The notes under the pieces are model-generated. The model did no database searches. It was not told the origin of the DNA and saw only the letters and a program-made list of their open reading frames with translations. DNA of 64,000 nt, from positions 124,001-188,000 of the forward strand of contig NW_024704796.1 of the NCBI RefSeq assembly GCF_018977255.1, written 5' to 3'. Of the stretch, positions 55,671 to 64,000 are shown piece after piece; position 1 is the first letter of the stretch, and each line of letters begins with the position of its first letter. The position numbers were made by a program, and so were the translations under genes. Origin of the DNA: Callorhinchus milii. Lineage: Eukaryota.

Positions 55671-55990
55671 GGAGTCCTGTAGCTCAGTGGTTAGAGCACT
55701 CGCTTTGCAAGTGAGAGACCTGAGTTCAATTCCAGGCAGAGGGCGAAACCTCGGGCCAAGTTTCCTTACTCCACACAGAGCCTAATAATAATCCCTCCAA
55801 AACCAAAAACAATAATAAATCGGTCATTTTCAATCTACGACTGTTTGTGAGACATTGTTGTGCGCAATTGGCTGCCGCGTTCGCCCATAAATACACAGTC
55901 AATTCACTTTACAGTGTGTTCTGTGAAGCGCTTTGGGACGTCCTCCCGACGTGAAAAGCGCTATATCAAATACAAGGATTATTATTATTA
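55671..55990 (+). mobile_element. Full-length young tRNA-Ala-headed SINE
   Basis: Intact A and B boxes, central domain and (att)n tail. Confidence 0.93.
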
Positions 55991-57990
55991 CACCCAACTT
56001 GAGACTCTCTTCCTTGGTAATTAGGGACTTTTTGTGGTTAAGACGACTCCAGGTGACGTATGTGGCAATTGGAGATTGAAATGAGTCAACCCTCTGTTGG
56101 TGGGGTCAAGCAAAGAAATGCATTTCTCTCTGATCTACGTTTCTGTTCAGTGAAACAAACTGTTTGAAATGTGACTGTTTGTGGGACGCTGCTGTGCGCA
56201 ATTGGCTGCCGCGTTTCGCCCATAAAATATACAGTCAATTCACTTTTCAGTCTATTCTGTGAAGCACTTTGAGACGACTTGAAGATGTGATAAGGTACTG
56301 TATCAAATCCAAGTATTATTATTATGGTCTGACACCTGAGCTGGACAGAGAAGGTGCCTCCAGGGCAACAACAACTTGCATTTATATAGTGCCCCTCACA
56401 CAGGGTAGCATCTCCGAGCACTTTGTTGATGATGGACAACGAGGGGGAGAATTATAGTCCCAAATGAGCCCGTCTCCTTACTCTTCTATTACGTTTCTCC
56501 TCTGTCATTCTCTACCTCAGAATCATCATCATTTCCCCCATCCGCTCCCTACTCCAACCTCCTGGCACATTTCTCCGATCCGGACACCTCCATCCTCCCC
56601 GAGATACTATTCCGAACACCTCTTCATCTTGGGGTAATTGCAAATTCCATTTTACCCCCACCAGCCCCATGTCTGCCAGCACAAAGCCACCTGTGATTAT
56701 CTTCAACAATCTCTATAACATCCTGAACTTCCCTTATCACCGCACTTCAAAGTGTATAAATCAGATTTTGCTGAGGTGAGAGAGCAATGGTTGGGCTCAG
56801 TGTGGTCCAGCCAGTCCTGGCAATGGACGGTGAGGCCGGATTTGAGCTAAGTGTGTTCAGCAGCACATGTGTGGGATTTTTAAGCAGCGGAAATGGGTGT
56901 CATACTAGAGGGTCTTGCAGTGATAACAACACCAACAAAACATTGCATTTGTACAGTGCTTTTCACATTGAGAGGATATCCCAAGGCGCTGGACAAATGA
57001 GGGGTTTGCATCTGAGCTTGGGGTTGGGATCGGAGAGGGTTGGAGGGGGTGGTTGTGGGGGTTGGAGAGGGAAGGAGGGTGACCAGAGGCACGGTTGAAA
57101 AGGAAAGCCTTGAGACGAGCCTTAAAGGAGGCAAGGGAGGGGGAAAGGCGGAGGGACTTCACGGTACAAGGCACTCTATCAAATGCAAGGATTATTATTA
57201 TCCGCTCCTTTCTCTGCCTATGTTTTCCTGCCTGGCAGCAGCCAGTACAGTATTTACAGCCACTACAGCACAGTATAGCAGGATTGTGGGCTGTGTACTG
57301 GGTGGAAGTTGAGATAATTGGGCTGAGCAACTCCAGCTCCCACAACTCTTTCCTGTTTCAGCAGCTTTAATACTAAACAGACCTTTCATTCTGCAGCCAC
57401 AGAGAGAGAGAGAGAGAGAGAGCAGCTAAAGTGTGTGTGTGTGTGGCTTCCCTGAGCTTTCTACTGAGAAGGCAGGGAGGAGCCCCTGGAGTTGGTTTCT
57501 ACTCTTTCCCGGTAAGTTTTGCCCTTTTTTGGGTGTTTTCCTTCTCTTAAGATCATGTCGAATCACAAGACATTCACTGAGCTCCCAGCTTGGCTATGTG
57601 TGTGTGTTGTGTGCAATGAGCTGATGGGAGTCAGGGACATCTGCAGGGAGCTGGGGAGTGAGCAGAGAGAAGCTCTGGGCTGTCACTGATCACTGTGACA
57701 GTCACTACACTGACTTGGTGTGTGTTTGTGTAGCTGAAGTTGATGCACTGATCTGAGACAGCAGCACACAGACCTGGGTTTGCCCCCCTCCCTCTGGTAA
57801 GTTCCTTTCATCTCTTTTTTTATTGGAAACCTTTCGGAATTGAACAAAACCAGTGATTGTTGAGCAGCTCCAACTGTGAGTGAAGCAGTGACTGACACAC
57901 TGTTGGCTCCAACTTCATTGGGAGTTTTCAGTGTAATGCAAACACAGGGAGAGATGCAGGTGAGTGAGTGTCGCCTCTGTACTGTACAAC

Positions 57991-58340
57991 ACTGTGCTGT
58001 GCTGTCCCATACTGTGCTGTACTGTCCCATACTGTGCTGTACTGTCCCATACTGTGCTGTACTGTCCCATACTGTGCTGTACTGTCCCATACTGTGCTGT
58101 ACTGTCCCATACTGTGCTGTACTGTCCCATACTGTGCTGTACTGTCCCATACTGTGCTGTACTGTCCCATACTGTGCTGTGCTGTCCCATACTGTGCTGT
58201 ACTGTCCCATACTGTGCTGTACTGTCCCATACTGTGCTGTACTGTCCCATACTGTGCTGTACTGTCCCATACTGTGCTGTACTGTCCCATACTGTGCTGT
58301 GCTGTCCCATACTGTGCTGTGCTGTCCCATACTGTGCTGT
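57991..58340. repeat. Minisatellite, ~17.5 copies of the 20-mer actgtgctgt(a/g)ctgtcccat
   Basis: Direct reading; a single variable position. Confidence 0.97.
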
Positions 58341-58479
58341 ACTGCACTGTTCTGTGCTGTCCTATACTGCACTGTACTGCGCTGTACTATACTGTACTGT
58401 GTGTTTTTGATGTTAGTGACTCCTCATTGGGATCACTGTCTGTCTGAGATTACAGCAGTTTTCTGTCTCTCCTCTGAGC

Positions 58480-59578
58480 TTTTTTGGCGTGTGTGTGCGT
58501 GGGAGGCACACATGTGTTTATCTATGCATGTGTGTGTCTGTATCTGTCTGTTAGTGTGTGTGCGCACGCCTGTCTACCTATGCATGTGTTTGTGTATCCA
58601 TCTGTGTATGTCTTAAATATCTATCTGCATCTGCATGTATGTGTGCCTATCGGTGTATGTGCCTATTGGTTGTCTTATCTATGTATCCATTTGTGTCTGT
58701 ATAACTGAGTGTGTGTGCTCATGTATGTGGCTATGCACGATTACATGTGCCCATCAGTATATGTGTGTGAGTGTCAATGTGTATGCCTAACGTGATAAAA
58801 TATGTGTGTACGTATGTCTATATGTGTGTCTATGTGTGCGTGTGTCTATGCGTGTATTTGTCTATATGTGTGTTTCTATGTGCAGGTGTGTCTGTGCGTG
58901 AGTGTGCCTGTATGCGTGCCTGTCTCTATATGCATGTCTGTGCCTCTATACGTGTCTGCGAGTGCGTGTCTCTACATGCGTGTCTGCGCACGCGCGTGTC
59001 TCTACATGCGTGTCTCTACATGCGTGTCTGCGCACGCGCGTGTCTCTACATGCGTGTCTGCGCACGCGCGTGCGTCTACATGCCTGTCTGCGCACGCGCG
59101 TGCGTCTACATGCCTGTCTGCGCACGCGCGTGCGTCTACATGCCTGTCTGCTCACGCGCGTGCAGCTACATGTGTCTGCGCATGCGCGTGCAGCTACATG
59201 CGCCTGCGCATGCGGTGTCTCTACATGCGTGTCTGCACATGTGTGCCTCTACATGCGTGTCTGCACATGTGTGCCTGCGCATGCGGTGTCTCTACATGTG
59301 TCTGTGTGCGTGCACGTGTCTCTGCATGTGTGTCTGTGTGTGCATGTCTCTACGTGTGTGTGCGCGTGTCTCTTCATGTGTGTGTGTGTGTGCGCGCGTG
59401 CATGTCTCAACGTGTGCGCGTGTGTCTCTATGTGTGTGTGTGTGTGCGTGCGGGCGCATTTCTCTACATGTGTGCGGATGGGCGCGTGTCTCTACATGTG
59501 TGTCTGTGTGCGCGTGCGTGTCTGTGCAGGTTTGTCTGTGCGCGCGCGTGTCTGTGCACGTGTGTGCATGTGTGTAAG
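58480..59578. repeat. Degenerate (TG)n-derived tract containing a CpG-rich ~30-bp tandem unit (tctacatgcstgtctgcgcacgcgcgtgys)
   Basis: Direct reading; about 6 units at 58971-59170. Confidence 0.9.
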
Positions 59579-59616
59579 AGCTACTTACACACATGCACAC
59601 ACGTGCACAGACACGC

Positions 59617-59907
59617 GCACTTGCTTTGCCAGTGAGAGACCTGAGTTCAATTCCAGGCAGAGGGCGAAACCTTGGGCAAGTTTCCTTACTCCACACAGAG
59701 CCTAATAATAACCCTCCAAAACAAAACAATAATAATTTGGTCATTTTCAATCTACGACTGTTTGTGGGACATTGCTGTGCGCAATTGGCTGCCGCGTTCG
59801 CCCACAAATATACAGTTAATTCACTTTACAGTGTGTTCTGTGAAGCGCTTTGGGACGTCCTCCCGACGTGAAAAGCGCTATATCAAATGCAAGGATTATT
59901 ATTATTA
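59617..59907 (+). mobile_element. 5'-truncated young tRNA-Ala-headed SINE
   Basis: Starts at the anticodon arm (gcacttgctttgc); remainder near-identical to the 55671 copy. Confidence 0.92.
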
Positions 59908-60222
59908 CTTATATGCCAGAATGTGTGCATTCGTGTGGAAGTAAAAGGAGACTGAGAGTGAAGCAGGGCAGCGGCCGTGCGGCTGACAGTTTAGCTGTTA
60001 ATTACAGTAGTGCTTATTCAGCTTCTTTATTATCTAAACAGTGAGGCAAGTTTGCACAGTCAGGGCCAGAGAGCAGGGTCGCTGTGCACGGCAACTACTG
60101 CAGCTTATTCAAACTCGCGTTTGTCTCACAAAAATACACAGTCAATTCACTGTATGGTATATGCTGCGATGCGCTTTGAGATGTCTCAACGACGTGAAAG
60201 GGGCCACATCGATTCTCTTTGT

Positions 60223-60525
60223 GGAGTCCCTGTAGTGTATTGGTTAGAGCACTTGCCTCGCAAGCGAGAGGACCTTACTCCACACGCCTCTGTTTACCAA
60301 GCAGTAGGTAAGAGCGCGGATGTTAGTCGATTGGTGGATCGCTTTTCCGGAGGTAATAATCCCTTAAAAAAAAATTGGGTCACTCAAATCCACGACTGTG
60401 TGTGGGACGTCGCTGTGCACAATTGGCTGCCGTGTTTCGCCCACAAAATATACAATCAATTCACGTTGCAGTATATTCTGTAAGGTGTGATGAGGCGCTA
60501 TATCAAATGCAAGGATTATTATTAT
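60223..60525 (+). mobile_element. tRNA-headed SINE, long subfamily with an extra central segment
   Basis: Contains gcctctgtttaccaagcagtaggt..gttagtcgattggtgg, absent from the short copies. Confidence 0.85.
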
Positions 60526-63214
60526 GGAGAGAAACAGAAACAGCCATGTAAATAGAACCCTCTATGAGACGGAAACCCCAGCTAAGAGCACTAAAGGTTG
60601 TTATGAAGTTATTGAGCATCAAATCCCCAAAATAATTCCAGCTATAACAACACTACCAGTTGCCAGTTGTATTTGAAGCATAATATCTTGTTTATTTCCA
60701 CCACTTGGTTCATCTCTCCGAGCACATTATCATCTCATCTGCAGAGAGACCAGGGAGAGGCAGCGATGTGGGTATAAAAAGGCACTGACTCCTGCCTTGT
60801 AGTCAGATTTAAAAGATTACAAAGTTCCATGGCAACTTCGTGGCTGACGTGACCACTCTGAAAAGGGTTTGTGCGGGCAGCCTGGCCTGGCTGTGTGCCT
60901 GGTCACCTCCCCCGCCCCCGCCCGCCCTCTCCAAAACAAACAGGAAACAGGAAAGATCGCTTCATTATTAGGGCTGTCAGAATGTTGTGTCTGACCTGGT
61001 GCCTGGCTTCTTCATCACCTCCCGAGAAAGAAGAAATGTATTTATTTTTATAGCTCTGTCACGTCAGAATGTCTTAAAGTGCTTTGCAGTAAAATTGCTG
61101 TTAACTATGGTAACTGTTTTTGTAGACAAACAGTGTATGGCAAGGTCCCACATCTGGGGCTTTCCAAAGCTTTCCGTCTGCTGTTGATTGATCCATACAT
61201 AATTAATTGCCGTCAACATCTCCGTTATTGCAGCATGTGACTACCAGGCGCACTAGGTGGACTTGGTCTTTTTATGTCCAGCAGTTCCTGTGGGACATTG
61301 TTGGCTGCCAAACTCCCTTCTCTTTTCTGATAGCATCATGGGATCTTTGTGAGGCCTGCTATTTACAAATTGTCTGCTGCGTAACATAGTCCCAGTCGTA
61401 AACTCACCACTTTCACTTCACAACAATTACCTGTGAAAAGGTTTTAGATGTGTTGATTTTATAAGTGCTATAAAAATGTAAGACATAGTATTAATGTTTA
61501 ACGGCATTTCCTAGTCCTTGGTGTAAGGTTATAATAATAACAATAATCCTTGCATGTGATATAGGGCCTTATCACGTCATTGAGACATCTCAAAGTGCTT
61601 CACAGCATATACTGTAAAGTGAATTGACTGTATTTTCTGAGTGAAATGGTGTCGCTTTCCGTATACTAGTCAACTAACTCAGCTCTGGCTTTCCATGCAA
61701 CCTTTTCCTGGTTGTGTCCCATTTCATCACCTTCTGCCAGAGAAATGGCCAGTGAAGTGAATCCTAATAACATAAATTGGGAGAGATGGCCCCATTCTCT
61801 GCATTCATTTGAAAACCCATTTAGACCTTCCTTTTCGACCGTGCCTTCAGTCATCTTCCCTCTCCAATCCTCTCTGATCGTATCCCGCAGCATGGATGAA
61901 AACCCTCATTGTCCAGCTCCTCGGGACATCCTCTTGAAGTTAAAGGCCCTGTATAAATGCAATTTGATATTTTTGTTGTTGTAGATCCAGGAACACAATG
62001 CATGAGTTATTCTCAAAGTATCTAGATTGTTGGATGAAAGTTACCCAAAAGATGTAATTAACTAGAATTTGAGCTTTTGATAAAGTCGCTGTGAGGGACT
62101 TTAGAAGAAGGGTAATGCTAAAATTAACTATTTGGTTTGGAAATTAATTTAGCAACGGGAAGCAGAGAATAAGTGGGATTAGCTCTGTGCGAGGCCTAAT
62201 GGGGCTGTTCACAGGTTGTGTTCTGGGTTCCGGTCTGAAAACTGTTCTGAAATCCTTACAATAATGTATTTGACATTAATGCATCCACCACATGCTCACT
62301 TCCCATGCACAGCTGAGTCTTGCACTTAAAATGGCTGATATCTGTCTGGGTCATCAGGTAACTTCCTGCCTCGCGTATGCATAGGAAACAGGAAGTAATG
62401 TTGGGGGTGATCTGATGACCCAGAAGTCTGCCATTTTGTAGCACTAGAACCAAAGGATGCCATCGGCAAGCTCTACACATGCGTAGTGAAACTGGCTACT
62501 GTGCTTTCGTTCTATGGTTCCTGACCAACGTATGATAACGGGGCTCCACTATATCTGCTGGGCAACATTACTGGAGGATATGGGAACAGATGCAGAGTGA
62601 GATGAGAAAAAAGATGAGTTGCATAGTTTATTCATTGAGAGTTTAGCATCAGTAAATGGAAATAGGGGTAGGGAATGACTGATCGCTGTTCAATGCTGTG
62701 GTTTTTGCTTGAATCTTTTCCGTGTTGCTTCTGCACAAAGCTGGCTAATTGGGAGAGTCAGCTGCTTAATGTTCCTCGAGATCAGCTGATCTCAGTCAAT
62801 CTGCCGTGGATTTCTACAAGTGGGAAGAGCTAAGGATTATTAATGAAAACCTTTTTTTCGCATTTCTCTGTGTGACTTGCTCACTCAGTTGAGATCCCCC
62901 TGTTCTGTCACAACCCTCTGACTGAAAGCTCCTCCCAGGTGAGTGTAAATTGAGATGCAGATCATGACCTCAGGGAACTGAACAACAAATGTTTATTTCA
63001 AGAAACTAATATGGTAAAAAAATAGGAGACGTATTTACTCCATGGATTGTGGACCTGCCAAGAGACAAACTGAAAGAGGCCTAAGGGCGTTGGACTTATC
63101 GCTCGCCATGTCAAATCATTGAAGGAGCAATAAACAAGCCCAAAAAGGTAGCTGAGCTAAATTGCCCAAACCATTTGAGCTCAGATCCCCAGAAGTGGCA
63201 CTTGAACCGAATAG

Positions 63215-63676
63215 AATAATCTTGCCATTTCCATTGGATGCAGCACCTTTCATATCAAGGGGTCATTGCAAAACACTTCACAGGCTTTACTGTAAAGTGC
63301 AGTGATGGTGTTTTTGTAGGTAAATATAACAGCCAATTTGCAATGCAGTACAATATATATTTACACCTATATTGCGCTATTCGGGTCAGGAGGATGTCCC
63401 AGGGCTCTGGACAGTAAATTTGCTTACAGAAATGTCCTACAAACAGCCATGAGGTGATTGACCAATTTTATTTCAGAATTGTTGACTGGGACACTGGGAG
63501 AGTTTTTTTGAGTAATGCCATAGGATCTTTAACATCCACCTGAACAGGCAGATGGGACTGAAGTTTAACGTCTCATCCAAAGGACAGCACATCCAACAAT
63601 ACACTCTCCCACAGTCTCATAGTAGAGTGTCAGGCTAGACTATGAGCTCAAAGTTGACTGAGCCAGGTTGATACCC
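63215..63676 (-). mobile_element. Deu-domain SINE with a nested L2 tail
   Basis: Reverse complement gives gatgagacgttaaac..gcctgttcaggtggatgttaaagatcc..ggctgtttgtaggac. Confidence 0.75.
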
Positions 63677-63681
63677 ACAAC

Positions 63682-64000
63682 AATAATAATCCTTGTATTT
63701 GATCTACTGACTTATCACGTCGTTGAGTCATCTCAAAGTGATTCACAGAATATATTGTAAAGTAGATTGCCTGTATATTTTGTGGGCGAAACGACCAGAC
63801 CATTGCGCACAGCAGTGTCCCACAAACAGTCGTGGATTGATTGACCACATTTTTTTTGAGAGCTTATTACCCCTGGAAAGTGAACTACCAATCATCTAAC
63901 AACCAGGTTTCTACTTACTTCTAGGTAAACAGAGGAGCATGTGGAGTAAGGAAACTTGCTTAACATTTCTCCCTGCCCAGGAATTGAACCTGGGTCCTCT
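63682..64000 (-). mobile_element. tRNA-headed SINE, long subfamily, head cut by the window edge
   Basis: Reverse complement gives ggttcaattcc..gcaagtttccttactccaca..ctctgtttacctagaagtaagtag..(att)n. Confidence 0.85.

Noticed and set aside
55671-55745. tRNA-Ala(TGC) gene (also 3479 and 48300-48368)
   Set aside because: No 3' acceptor stem or terminator; the sequence continues into a SINE body
57991-58340. CRISPR-like array
   Set aside because: Head-to-tail repeats with no unique spacers, in eukaryotic DNA
57683-59807. Long Cys-rich or repetitive ORFs (up to 277 aa) resembling keratin-associated or metallothionein-like proteins
   Set aside because: They are open in several frames on both strands because the tandem repeats lack stop codons; no gene structure

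Overview
Vertebrate genomic DNA, most likely a cartilaginous fish and possibly a holocephalan (inferred from the repeat repertoire). It carries the complete coding region of stk40 (pseudokinase STK40) on the + strand: 10 GT-AG coding exons from 11779 to 38329 that splice in phase to 1299 nt (432 aa + stop), followed by a ~3 kb, nearly transposon-free putative 3' UTR. The rest is dense with retroposons: about 30 copies or tails of a tRNA-Ala-headed SINE with an L2-type tail, older Deu-domain SINEs, L2 and CR1 fragments (one ~3.4 kb decayed CR1 ORF2), Penelope-like remnants with degenerate hammerhead cores, a hAT-like element, an unclassified ~600 bp repeat that recurs as inverted pairs, and a minisatellite/CpG-rich tandem block. 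I see no convincing novel protein-coding system. The most interesting signals are in the repeats: a snap-back hairpin at a SINE junction, the inverted-pair family and a modular SINE.
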